A stretch of 64,000 bases of DNA from Candidatus Hydrothermales bacterium (lineage in GTDB: Bacteria; Hydrothermota; Hydrothermia; Hydrothermales; JAJRUZ01), in the NCBI GenBank assembly GCA_039630575.1, contig JBCNUW010000010.1, positions 1 through 64,000 on the forward strand, in the 5' to 3' direction. The position numbers were made by a program, and so were the translations under genes. Under the pieces are notes generated by a model, which made no database searches, was not told the DNA's origin, and saw nothing but the letters and a program-made list of their open reading frames with translations. Below, piece by piece: positions 40,571 through 51,075 of the stretch (the first letter of the stretch is position 1; each line of letters begins with the position of its first letter).

Positions 40571-42292
40571 ATGGAAGTTTATTATTATGATCTCATAATC
40601 ATCGGATCTGGGCTTGCAGGTTTAAGAGCAGCTCTTGAGGCTTCGAGAAAGTCTGATGGTAAAGTTAAAATAGCTTTAATATCAAAGGTACATCTTATGC
40701 GGTCTCATAGTGTTTGCGCTGAAGGAGGAACAGGAGCTGCTATTAATCATGCTGACGGAGATTCCACTCTACTTCATGCTTGGGACACTGTAAAAGGTTC
40801 TGATTTCCTTGCTGATCAAGATGTTGTATTTAGATTTGTTGAAAAAATTATTGAAGAAATTTATTTACTTGAACATTGGGGTATCCCTTGGTCAAGAAAA
40901 GACGACGGAAGGATTGACCAAAGACCATTTGGAGGTCATTCCTATCCAAGAGCTGTATTTGCAGAAGATAAAACAGGGTTTTTTGAAATGCATACACTTT
41001 ATAACAGGCTACAAAAATATGATAATTGGGATAGATTTGATGAGTTTTTTGTTACAAAACTTTTAATAAGAGATAACAGATTTCATGGTTGTGTAGTTTA
41101 CGACATGAAAAGTGGAGAAATGGCTGTTTTTTATGGAAAAACTTGCATAATAGCAACAGGTGGAGCAGGTAGAATATATTCTTTTACAACCTTTTCTCAT
41201 ACAGTCACAGGTGATGGGCAAGCCCTTGCTTTCAGAGAAGGAATACCACTTAAAGATATGGAATTTATGCAATTTCATCCAACCGGTCTTGTTCCATCTG
41301 GTATTCTCATTACAGAGGGAGCAAGAGGTGAAGGTGGTCACTTAAAAAATTTGAAGGGAGAAAGATTTATGGAAAATTATGCTCCCAAAATGATGGAACT
41401 TGCCCCAAGAGATATCGTTTCAAGAGCAATGATGACAGAAATAAGAGAGGGTAGGGGTTTTGAGAGAGCTGATGGATTAAATCATTTACATCTTGATCTT
41501 ACCCACCTTGGTAGAGAAAAAATTTTAGAAAGATTACCTCTTGTAAGAGAAGTAGGAATTAAATACCTTGGTGTAGATATAATTGATAAACCGCTACCTG
41601 TAAGACCTGTTCAGCATTACAGTATGGGTGGTATTCATTGCGACATAGATGGCAAAGTTTTTGGAATAGATAATATGTGGGCTGCTGGTGAGGTTGCATG
41701 TACTTCTCTTCACGGAGCGAATAGGTTAGGAACAAATTCAACAGCTGAATGTCTTGTGTGGGGTGCGATCACTGCGCAGAAAGCTTTAGAATTTCTAAAA
41801 TCTTATGGAGAAGAGCCAAAAAAGATGGATGAGGTTGTAAAAGATGAAATTGACAGGGTATTTAATAGATTGATTAATAAAAATGGTAAAGAAAACTTAT
41901 ACGATATAAGAAGGGAATTAAGAAAAACAATGGATGTAAATGTAGGAGTTTTTAGAGAGAAAAGAGGACTTGAAGAGGCTATTAAGAAAATTAGAGAATT
42001 AAAAGAAAGATTTAAAGATATAAAAATACATGACAAAAGTAAAATATATAACACTGAGCTAGTAAATGCACTTGAACTTGAAAATATGTTAGATGTTTCA
42101 GAGGTTGTAGCAATTTCAGCCTTAAAGAGAGAGGAATCAAGGGGAGCACATTCAAGACTTGATTTTCCAGAAAGAAATGATAAGGATTTTTTGAAGCATA
42201 CAATTGCTTTAAAAGATGAGAAAGGAGAAATAAAAATAGAATATATTCCAGTAAATATTACTTATTGGAAACCAGAGGAAAGAAAGTATTAA
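40571..42292 (+). CDS. sdhA: Succinate dehydrogenase/fumarate reductase flavoprotein
   Basis: [16 protein letters not shown] (covalent FAD His), QFHPTG, ELAPRD, HYSMGG, HGANRLG, ESRGAH. Confidence 0.95.
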   Translation: MEVYYYDLIIIGSGLAGLRAALEASRKSDGKVKIALISKVHLMRSHSVCAEGGTGAAINHADGDSTLLHAWDTVKGSDFLADQDVVFRFVEKIIEEIYLLEHWGIPWSRKDDGRIDQRPFGGHSYPRAVFAEDKTGFFEMHTLYNRLQKYDNWDRFDEFFVTKLLIRDNRFHGCVVYDMKSGEMAVFYGKTCIIATGGAGRIYSFTTFSHTVTGDGQALAFREGIPLKDMEFMQFHPTGLVPSGILITEGARGEGGHLKNLKGERFMENYAPKMMELAPRDIVSRAMMTEIREGRGFERADGLNHLHLDLTHLGREKILERLPLVREVGIKYLGVDIIDKPLPVRPVQHYSMGGIHCDIDGKVFGIDNMWAAGEVACTSLHGANRLGTNSTAECLVWGAITAQKALEFLKSYGEEPKKMDEVVKDEIDRVFNRLINKNGKENLYDIRRELRKTMDVNVGVFREKRGLEEAIKKIRELKERFKDIKIHDKSKIYNTELVNALELENMLDVSEVVAISALKREESRGAHSRLDFPERNDKDFLKHTIALKDEKGEIKIEYIPVNITYWKPEERKY

Positions 42293-42306
42293 AAGGAGGT
42301 GTGATT

Positions 42307-42759
42307 ATGATGAAAAAAAATTATAAAGGAATAAGGGCATGGTTTTTCCCAGGTTTTAGGGCAAATATTGAAAGGTGGCTTTTTTCTCTTCATAGGTTAA
42401 CAGGAATTTTGCTTGTTTTTTATCTGTCTCTTCATATTATTGTGGTAGGGTCAAGGGCTTATGGAAAGGATGCATGGATAAGAACTATGAAAATTGTAGG
42501 AGCAACTGGTGAAGGTTTTTATCGTGATCTTTTTATTTTTTTTGAATACTTGCTTGTTCTTGCTGTGGGCTTTCATGCAATAAATGGATTAAGATTATTG
42601 ATAACAGAGTTTGGATTTCTGCTTGGAAAGCCTAAAAGACCTGAATATCCTTATGTTGCTCTTTCCCTAAAAGGACCTAAGGTTTTTCTTTATTTCTTAA
42701 TGATTTGTTTTTTCATTTACTTACTTTTAGGTTTCAAGGAATTTTTTATTTTTAAATAA
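42307..42759 (+). CDS. sdhC: Succinate dehydrogenase cytochrome b subunit
   Basis: LHRLTG, LHI, FHAINGLR; SD AAGGAGGT before ATG. Confidence 0.85.
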   Translation: MMKKNYKGIRAWFFPGFRANIERWLFSLHRLTGILLVFYLSLHIIVVGSRAYGKDAWIRTMKIVGATGEGFYRDLFIFFEYLLVLAVGFHAINGLRLLITEFGFLLGKPKRPEYPYVALSLKGPKVFLYFLMICFFIYLLLGFKEFFIFK

Positions 42760-42769
42760 GGGGGTTTTA

Positions 42770-43129
42770 ATGAAGGAAAAATATTGGATTTTCCATTATA
42801 TATCGGCAGCTTTCCTATTCTTTTTACTTTTAAGTCATATATTCATAATGCATTTTTATAAGATTTTAGAAAAAATAGGATTTTATCAAAAACCTCTTGA
42901 ATGGGAGACAGTAGTTCAAAGGGCAAAAAGTGTAACATTTACCTCTGTTTATATTCTTTTTTTAATTTTTGCTCTATTTCATGGGTTTTACGGTTTAAAA
43001 AATATACTTACTGAAACGATTTTTGGAAAAAAATATAAAAAACATATTACTATCTTTTTGTGGTTTTTAGGGTTATTTTTATTCTTTTACGGAACTTTTA
43101 CAACAATTAAAGCAGGAGGGGTAAAGTGA
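42770..43129 (+). CDS. sdhD: Succinate dehydrogenase membrane anchor subunit
   Basis: Three TM helices, SHIFIMH, FHGFYGL. Confidence 0.8.
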   Translation: MKEKYWIFHYISAAFLFFLLLSHIFIMHFYKILEKIGFYQKPLEWETVVQRAKSVTFTSVYILFLIFALFHGFYGLKNILTETIFGKKYKKHITIFLWFLGLFLFFYGTFTTIKAGGVK

Positions 43130-43938
43130 AAATCAAACTGGTGATAAGAAGGTATGTTCCAGAGATTTTTAAAGTAGGATTTGAAACTTTTGAAATAGAT
43201 TATGAAGAGGGAATGACTGTTCTTGATGCTCTTCTTAAGGTTAAGGAGAGCCTTGATCCCACACTTTCGATTCGTTACTCTTGTAGGATGGGTGTGTGTG
43301 GATCTTGTGGTATGATTATAAACGGTAAACCAGATCTAGCGTGCCATACACAAGTTAAAGAAGTAGCTAAAAAAGGTGTTATAAAGGTTGAGCCTATTCC
43401 AAATTTATCATTAATTAGAGATCTTGTACCTGATTTTAGTCGAGTTTTTGAAAATTACAAAAAAATTAAACCTTATTTGATAAGGAAAGATGAAAGAGAA
43501 CAAGAGAGTCCCATAAGAGAATATATTCAGACTCCTAATGAGCTTCTTGAGTATTTACAGTTTAGCTACTGTATACAGTGTGGTCTTTGTATATCATCGT
43601 GCCCTGTATCTTCTTCTGACGAGTTTTTCTTTCAACCTTTTGTTTTAGCACAGGCTTATAGATATTGTGCAGATAAAAGGGATGAGGGAGTTATTGAAAG
43701 GTTAAATGTTGTAACTCAGGATCATGGCGTTTTTAATTGTCATTTTGCTGGTGGTTGTTCAATGGCATGTCCTAAAGGTGTTGATCCTGCTCTTGCAATT
43801 CAAATGCTAAAAAGACTTATTTTAAAGAGATCTTTTGGACTTTTGAAAGAAAGAAAAGGCAAGGGGCTTGTTCCAACCTATCCGGAAGGACCTAACAAAG
43901 ATAAGATTCCAAAGGCTCCTCCGAAAACTGTTTTGTAA
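43126..43938 (+). CDS. sdhB: Succinate dehydrogenase iron-sulfur subunit
   Basis: SCRMGVCGSC...LAC, CIQCGLCISSCP, CHFAGGCSMACP. Confidence 0.95.
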   Translation: MKIKLVIRRYVPEIFKVGFETFEIDYEEGMTVLDALLKVKESLDPTLSIRYSCRMGVCGSCGMIINGKPDLACHTQVKEVAKKGVIKVEPIPNLSLIRDLVPDFSRVFENYKKIKPYLIRKDEREQESPIREYIQTPNELLEYLQFSYCIQCGLCISSCPVSSSDEFFFQPFVLAQAYRYCADKRDEGVIERLNVVTQDHGVFNCHFAGGCSMACPKGVDPALAIQMLKRLILKRSFGLLKERKGKGLVPTYPEGPNKDKIPKAPPKTVL

Positions 43939-43945
43939 CATTTCT

Positions 43946-44644
43946 ATGCTTTTATTTTTTCTTATTAGTCTTGCTTTTTCTGAAGGTGAGGAGCTCGTAT
44001 TTCACGTTTTTTATGGTTTTGTAGGCGCAGGTATTGCTTATCTGAGGGTTTTAGAACAGGACTCTTTTTATCATTTTCAAGCTCAAGGGCGCACTAATAA
44101 GTTTTTTTCTGTTATTTTTTATGTAAATGATAGAATAGACACTTATTCTGACAAAAACTTTTTACCTTTAAAGCAGGAAAAAGACTTGCATGAAGGAACA
44201 TGGAAGAAAAAGATGTGGTATAAATTTGATTATGACAGTTTAAAAGTCTATGATTCAGATGGAAAGGTAAGCCCCATTGAAAAAGGTGCGTTTGATGTTT
44301 TGTCAATTTTTTATAAATTAAGAAATGAGGAATTTAAAGTAGGAGATACTCTTGAACTTTTACTCTTTGCAGATAGGAAGATTTATAAAATTTATACATT
44401 TGTTGAAAGAAAGGATACAATAAATACATCTTTTGGAAAAAAAGAAGCTTATAAAATAGTTTTAATAATGGAAAAATCCGGTGAATATAAAGGAAAATCT
44501 GGATTAGAGGCAATTTTCGGAGGAAAAGGAGGCTTAGAGATTTGGATTTCAAGTGACGAAAAGAAAGTTCCATTTTATATTTCTACAAGAGTATGGTTTG
44601 GCTCTATAAGAGCAATTTTGAAGGAAATAAGGACTATAAGATGA
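43946..44644 (+). CDS. DUF3108-like secreted protein
   Basis: MLLFFLISLAFSEGEELVF...GAGIA, FDVLSIFY, IWISSDEKKVP, GSIRAIL; start reassigned to ATG 43946. Confidence 0.7.
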   Translation: MLLFFLISLAFSEGEELVFHVFYGFVGAGIAYLRVLEQDSFYHFQAQGRTNKFFSVIFYVNDRIDTYSDKNFLPLKQEKDLHEGTWKKKMWYKFDYDSLKVYDSDGKVSPIEKGAFDVLSIFYKLRNEEFKVGDTLELLLFADRKIYKIYTFVERKDTINTSFGKKEAYKIVLIMEKSGEYKGKSGLEAIFGGKGGLEIWISSDEKKVPFYISTRVWFGSIRAILKEIRTIR

Positions 44645-45561
44645 TAAAGGGTGATTTTTATGTTGAATCCTTTTTAAACAAGCTTTTATTTTATTACAAA
44701 ATAGATGAAATTATATACTCTGGGTTTACTAAATATCAGAAGGTGGATATTGTTAAGCTTTCGATTTTTGGTAAAACTGTTTTTCTTGATGAAAAGATTC
44801 AAAGTTCAGAGTGTGATGAGTTTATATTCCATGAAGCGTTGGTACACCCAGCATTACTCTTACATGATAATCCTGAATATGTCTATTTAGCAGGGGGAGG
44901 AGAGGGCGCGACTTTAAGAGAAATTTTAAAACATGAAAAAGTGAAAAAGGTTAGGATGTGTGATGTAGATGAAGAGTTTGTTAATCTATGTAAAATTTAT
45001 CTTCCTGAATGGCATAGGAATTCCTTTTATGATAGCAAAGTAGAGCTTGTATTTTCTGATGCAAGAAAGGATATTGAAGCGATTGAAGATGATCTAATTG
45101 ATGTTTATGTTTCTGATCTTACTGAACCAATTGAGGGTGGTCCTTCAGCACTTTTATTTACGAAAGAGTTTTTTGAAATTTTATATTGTAAATTAAGGGA
45201 AAAGGGTTTGTGTGTTTTTCAAGCTGGTTCTACTGTTATTTATTACAATAGCTTTATTATTTCTCTTTTTAAAACGCTAAAAGTTGTTTTTCCTTCTGTT
45301 TTTATTTATGAAATTTTTGTGCCATCCTTTAATATGTCTTGGGGGTTTGCTATTTCCTCAAAAGAAATTTTAAACTTAAATGAAATTTTTAAAAGATTCA
45401 ATAATAAAAAAGAAGATAAAATTTTTAAGTCTTTTAGATTTTTAAATCCCGAGTATATTAAAAAGATGTTTAATTTACCAAGTTATTTAGAATCTTCTTT
45501 AAGGGAAAGTGGTAGGGTTTTGACAGATAAAGATCCATTTGTCTGGGAAAAGAGTGTTTAG
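44641..45561 (+). CDS. speE: Polyamine aminopropyltransferase (SpeE/thermospermine synthase-like)
   Basis: TKYQKV, LDEKIQSSECDEFIFHEALVHP, GGGEGATLRE, SDLTEP, LFTKEFF. Confidence 0.9.
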   Translation: MIKGDFYVESFLNKLLFYYKIDEIIYSGFTKYQKVDIVKLSIFGKTVFLDEKIQSSECDEFIFHEALVHPALLLHDNPEYVYLAGGGEGATLREILKHEKVKKVRMCDVDEEFVNLCKIYLPEWHRNSFYDSKVELVFSDARKDIEAIEDDLIDVYVSDLTEPIEGGPSALLFTKEFFEILYCKLREKGLCVFQAGSTVIYYNSFIISLFKTLKVVFPSVFIYEIFVPSFNMSWGFAISSKEILNLNEIFKRFNNKKEDKIFKSFRFLNPEYIKKMFNLPSYLESSLRESGRVLTDKDPFVWEKSV

Positions 45562-46006
45562 ATATTATTTTTTAACAAAAGGTTTTGGTGTTGCTAATAG
45601 AGAGCTTTTATCATTTGATAGAGCTTTAAGAAGTGCAAAAATAGATAATTTTAATCTTGTTAAAATATCAAGCATATTACCACCTGGTGTGAAGAAGTCA
45701 AAAAAAATCAATTTACCTAACGCTTCAATCCTTCATGTTGCCTATGGTTATGTAATTTCAAACAGAGAGAGAGAAGTTATTTCAGCTGTATGTGGTATAG
45801 CTATTCCTCAGAAAGAATGTGAAATAGGTGTAATAATGGAGTGGAGCTCTTATGGAAGTAAACTCAAAGGTGTGGAGGAGGTAAGGAATATGCTTGAAAA
45901 GTCTATGTCAGATAGGAATATTAAGATAAAAAAAATCGAAATTGTATCAATTGAAAAGATAGTTAAAGAATATACTTGTGTTTTTGCGGGTTGTGCTATA
46001 TTCTAG
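45539..46006 (+). CDS. pdaD: Pyruvoyl-dependent arginine decarboxylase
   Basis: SFDRALRSAKIDNFNLVKISSILPP with Ser-Ser autocleavage site; start uncertain. Confidence 0.85.
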   Translation: MSGKRVFRYYFLTKGFGVANRELLSFDRALRSAKIDNFNLVKISSILPPGVKKSKKINLPNASILHVAYGYVISNREREVISAVCGIAIPQKECEIGVIMEWSSYGSKLKGVEEVRNMLEKSMSDRNIKIKKIEIVSIEKIVKEYTCVFAGCAIF

Positions 46007-46015
46007 TTTAATTCT

Positions 46016-46044
46016 TTGATTTTTTAAAACTTGTTGATTATAAT
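46016..46044 (+). promoter_or_regulatory. sigma70 promoter of metK
   Basis: TTGATT, 17 nt, TATAAT (46039-46044). Confidence 0.6.
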
Positions 46045-46057
46045 AAATTATTTTATA

Positions 46058-46079
46058 AAAAGGGTTCAACTTCCCTTTT
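46058..46079 (+). promoter_or_regulatory. T-arm-like hairpin variant AAAAGGG-TTCAACTT-CCCTTTT in metK leader (copy 5)
   Basis: 7-bp stem with 8-nt TTCAA-starting loop just after predicted TSS, 27 nt before TTG 46102. Confidence 0.5.
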
Positions 46080-46101
46080 AAAAAGTGATGGAGTTAAAAA
46101 G

Positions 46102-47250
46102 TTGAGAAAAATTAAAGGGATTTCATATTTTACATCAGAATCTGTGACAGAAGGCCACCCAGATAAACTTTGTGATCAAGTTTCAGATGCTATTCTTGAT
46201 GCTATAATTGAAAAAGACCCTGATGCAAGAGTAGCTTGTGAAGCCCTGACAACAAGAGGGATATTTATTATCGCTGGAGAGATTACTACTGAATGTTATG
46301 TAGAAATACCAGATATTGTAAGGGATACAATAAGGGAAGCAGGGTATACTAATCCTGCTTATGGACTTGATTATGAGACTGTGGCTGTTTTAACTGCGAT
46401 TCAATCCCAGGCTCCAGATATTGCGATGGGTGTAGATATAGGAGGAGCAGGTGATCAGGGTATGATGTTTGGATTTGCTATAAAAGAGACTGAAGAACTT
46501 ATGCCTCTTCCAATAATGTTTTCTCACAAGCTTGTTAAAAGACTTGCAGATGTTAGAAAAAATGGAACTTTACCTTACTTAAGACCTGACGGAAAATCCC
46601 AGGTGACTGTTAGGTACGTTGATGGTAAACCTGATAAGGTTACTGCGATAGTACTCTCTGCTCAACATGATCCTGATATCTCAATAAAAGAGTTAAGAGA
46701 GGATCTGATAGAAGTGGTTATAGAAAAGGTCATTCCAAGAGAAATAATGGATGATAATGTTAAAATTTTTATAAATCCAACAGGGAGATTTGTAACGGGA
46801 GGACCGCAAGCTGATACTGGATTAACTGGGAGAAAAATAATGGTTGATACTTACGGTGGTTACGCAAGACATGGTGGGGGTTGTTTTTCTGGAAAAGATC
46901 CTACAAAAGTTGATAGGTCAGCTACATATATGGCAAGATATCTTGCTAAAAACATAGTTGCTTCTGGTATAGCTGAAACCTGTGAAATACAACTTGCCTA
47001 TGCGATCGGAGTTCCAGAACCTGTTGCTGTTTATGTTAATACGTATGATACTGGCAAAGTTCCTGAAGAAAGGATAGTCAAGTTTATTAAGGAAAGGTTT
47101 GATCTTACACCAAGGGGCATAATAAATTTCCTTAATCTCAGGAGACCAATCTTTAAGAGAACGGCATGTTACGGACATTTTGGGAGAGAGGAAGAGGGTT
47201 TTACTTGGGAAAGGTTGGATAGCAAAGAAGAGTTTAAGGAGTTATTGTAA
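46102..47250 (+). CDS. metK: S-adenosylmethionine synthetase
   Basis: [49 protein letters not shown]. Confidence 0.98.
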   Translation: MRKIKGISYFTSESVTEGHPDKLCDQVSDAILDAIIEKDPDARVACEALTTRGIFIIAGEITTECYVEIPDIVRDTIREAGYTNPAYGLDYETVAVLTAIQSQAPDIAMGVDIGGAGDQGMMFGFAIKETEELMPLPIMFSHKLVKRLADVRKNGTLPYLRPDGKSQVTVRYVDGKPDKVTAIVLSAQHDPDISIKELREDLIEVVIEKVIPREIMDDNVKIFINPTGRFVTGGPQADTGLTGRKIMVDTYGGYARHGGGCFSGKDPTKVDRSATYMARYLAKNIVASGIAETCEIQLAYAIGVPEPVAVYVNTYDTGKVPEERIVKFIKERFDLTPRGIINFLNLRRPIFKRTACYGHFGREEEGFTWERLDSKEEFKELL

Positions 47251-47294
47251 AATTATGAATTAACTCAATAAAATATTATAAAAGGAGATAAAAT

Positions 47295-50200
47295 ATGTGG
47301 TATTTATTTTTAATGATTAGCATAAATGGGTTTGTAAAGTCAGTTTTAAAAGATTAACTCAAGAGTATGAGATCGACACATTCATAACAAGGAGAATCCC
47401 CCACACAGCTTATCAGAGATTTATTGACATCACTTACAATCACCTTGATCGAGAGTTTTTAATTGTGTGGGCAGATGCAAGATCTGGTAACTATGAAATT
47501 TACGGAACCATAATAAATGAAAGAGGAAAGGAAAAAGTAAGAGGAGGCTTCAAGATATCACCTGGAAGAGGAGATTTTCCTTCGTGTGCTTTTGATGGCG
47601 AAAATTACATAGTTGTTTATATAGATTATAGATTTGATGGTAATGGTGATGTATATGCTGTTAGAGTTAGAAGAGATGGTCGTATTATTGATAATAATGG
47701 TATGTTAATAAATTACGGTATTTCAGGAGATCCCCGTAGAACTGATGTTGCCTTTACAAACGGATACTATCTTGCAGTTTGGGATGAGGGGGATGCATTA
47801 ATTAGAGGTGCAAGAGTTCTTCCTAATGGAAATGTATTAGATCCGGGTTCTATCTTGATAATTGATGCAGCAAATGCCCAATATGGAGCAAGTGTTGATG
47901 GAGATGGAACTCGATTTTTAGTTGCTTGGCATGATTATAGAAATGGAGCAAACTGGGATTTATATGCTACTTTCTTAGATCCAGTAACAGGTTCTTTATC
48001 TCATCCTTCAGGACTTCCTATTATGACCACAGGTTCACATTCTTTATGGCCAAAGGTTACTTTTCATCCAGTTTTGAATAGATACGGGGTTGCTTTTATG
48101 GATAATACTCCAGGTTTTTATCAGATTTATGGATGTATAATTAGAAAAGATGCTACTTTTGCTGTATCTCCAAAGAGGATAACTACATCTACTACCCATG
48201 ATCAATATGGTTTTCTAATTCCTTTGCATAATAAAAACTTTGTAATTACTGTTACTCAAGCTTACAGTGTTAGCTCATCTGGTGAAGTTTATGTGGGAAC
48301 CACTGATTCTCTTTTGAATATGTTTCCGACTACTCATGTTCTAACTTCAACTACATATAATGAGGGTTATGAAAACTACACCTTACCATTTGCTACAACT
48401 CTTGATTCTGTGATAATTATAGGTTACAATGTTTATCATTCAGGTAATTATCAAGAAGTTGGCATTGCCAAAATTCTACCAACTTTAACACTTCGTTTTT
48501 CTGATTTTTACATGGGTTGGCAGGCACCAAGCCAATCTGGGCCAAGAGCTGCAAAAGCAGGAGATAGGTTTATAGTTGTTTACTCCCAAATGGGTTTAGC
48601 TGGAAATTTAGATATATATGGGCGTATCTATACTTTTTCAGGATTACCTTTGACAGAACCTTTTGTTATTACAAGTGCTGCACATGATCAAAGAAATCCA
48701 GTTGTTACTTACAATCCAATTACTGATAACTTTATTTGTGTTTGGGAGGATTTTAGAAACGGTAATTGGGATATATACGGTACCAGAATCTCTCTCTCTG
48801 GTGTTGTGATAGATCCGGCAGGCTTTTCTGTTGTTGCTTTTACACAAGATCAGTTAAGACCATCAATAGCTGTAAGTTCCTTGAATGGTAATTTCTTCGT
48901 TTCATGGTCTGATTTTAGAGCTAGTGCATGGGATATCTATGGGAAGCTTTTTACCTCAACAGGTTCTCCTCTGACCGGTGATCTGGTATTGTCAAATGCA
49001 GGTGGAACTCAAGATTACTCAACAGTTACATTTATTCCATCCTATAACAGATACTTTATAGTGTATGAAACTGATCAAAACGGTAGATGGGATCTTTACT
49101 TTAATGCTGTAAGTGGAGCTGGTTCTGTACTACATGGTTCTGGCGGTTCAGCTCTTTTCACATTGTATTCTCATAAAAGATTTCCTTCATCTGTTTTTAA
49201 TGGTATAAATATAGTTTTGACATGGAGTGATTATAGAAGCGGTTCTCAATGGGATGTTTATGCATCAAGAGTCTCACCCTTTGGTGCTTTACTTGATGGA
49301 GATGGAATTCCAGTCTCAAGGGGTTCTTGGCAGGAAGCTGTTTCAAATATTGCTAATTTAGGTGACCATTTACTTATTATTTGGCAGGACTCAAGGAATG
49401 GTAGAATGGATATTTTTGGAAAAATTCTTGATTTTACCTTAAACCAGCTACCTGAAGAGTATTTACTTTCAAATCTGAGAGTTAATGGTTTTCTATTTTC
49501 ACCTAACGATTATCCCTTACAGATTGCTAATTTGGTGCCTTTAACTGATTCAACCTTTGCACTTTTATATGAGAGATTTAAAACTTCACCCTACAATAAT
49601 AAAAGATCCCATACTATTCTTTTTAGGGATAATTCACCTTCCTTCACAATTTTGCCATTTTCTGACACTTTCTTATACACGAATCAAGTTGCAAACATAA
49701 GATGGACAACAAGAGGTTTGATAGAGAGAGTTTCTCTTGCCTATTCTTCTGATAATTGTCAAAATTTCTTCTATTTAAAAAGTGATACCTTAAATACTGG
49801 AAACTTTAATTATACTGTCCCTCAAACTCCGACAAGATATTTTTATCTTAAGCTTGAAAGTAGAGGAATGTGGAATATCTTTAAGATATCAAGAAGATTG
49901 TATGTCTCAGATAAGATAGATATCACTTATCCTAATTCTCCTTCTGATACTTTACAAATTGGAAACTCTTATATCATACAGTGGAGGAAAAGTGGTATAG
50001 GAGGCTTTGTAAAAATAGAAATTTCCTATGACGGAGGATCAACATTTTCAATAATTGAAAGTGCTTGTCCAGATACAGGTAGGTACCTTTGGAACTGTCA
50101 AGGAGTTGTAACCACTAACGCCGTCTTAAGGATCACTCATAATGAGTTTATGCAGAATAGAGATTTGTCAGGTAATTTTGTAATAAGAGGGGTTCAACCT

Positions 50201-51046
50201 CCTTCTCCTTCCATACAAGTTTTAAATCCAAATACGAGAATAACAAAATATGTTGGTGATACTCTTAACATCAGGTGGATTTATTCAAATGTAAATAATT
50301 TTAGAATACTTTTAACACCTGATAGTTCATTGAGTTATGTAGTGATTAATCCTGCAATATCATACACTGGTACTTACCTATGGACTGTTTCTGACTATGA
50401 AACTCCGTTTGCTAAAATTAGAGTCGAAAATCTAAACAATCCTTTAATTTATGATGAGAGTGATGATTACTTTATAATAAAACAACCAATTTTGATCACT
50501 TCTCCTTCATCAGGTGATACCTTCAGGGGTGGAAGTTATCTAAATGTTTCTTGGAATATTTTAGAACCCAGACTTGTCGATACTGTGGATATTTTCATTT
50601 CTTATGATGGGGGTAAGAATTTCTTGTTAATTGGTGATGATATTGAAGCTGCCCAATCCTCTTTTAATTTCCTTTTACCTAACCAAGACTATGACTCCTG
50701 CAAGATTAAAATAGTTCATCATAAAAGAGAATGGTTAATCAAAAAGGAAAGTGAGGGTTACTTTACAATAACTGCTGTAACAAATTTAGATGAAAAAGAC
50801 TTTGATGGAGTTAAATTAAGTTGTTCTTATTGTAGAGATTTTATATTCCTCTATATCGATTCTGATAAAAGACTTTCTTTTGAAATATATGATACAGGTG
50901 GAAGAAAAGTTTTAAAGGGTAAAAGATTATTTAAAAAAGGTGAAAACAAAATAGATCTAAGGCATATGAGGCAGGGTCTATATATCTTAAAGATTTTTTA
51001 TGAAAATAGTAAAATTTATGAGACTAAGTTCATTGTGGTAAAATAA
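47295..51046 (+). CDS. Large secreted beta-propeller + Ig-like repeat protein with T9SS-like CTD; frameshifted near 47345-47351
   Basis: SD AAGGAG plus ATG 47295 gives MWYLFLMISINGFVKSVLKD* (stop 47355-47357); the -1 frame is open from 47321 into ORF 47465-51046 with WxDxRxGxWDIYG repeats, about four IxxPN/S...GxxxxIxW Ig-like modules and IYDTGGR...GLYILK CTD. Confidence 0.75.
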
Positions 51047-51075
51047 AGTAAAATTAAAAATTTTATTAATAGAAT

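Noticed and set aside
46045..46101. SAM-I riboswitch or intrinsic terminator upstream of metK
   Set aside because: Leader is about 50 nt, AT-rich and lacks SAM-I core motifs; the hairpin has only 3 GC pairs and its T run is part of the stem
47465..51046. Horizontally acquired island suggested by visibly higher GC
   Set aside because: Explained by the Gly/Ser/Thr/Pro-rich composition of a secreted protein; no mobility genes or flanking repeats
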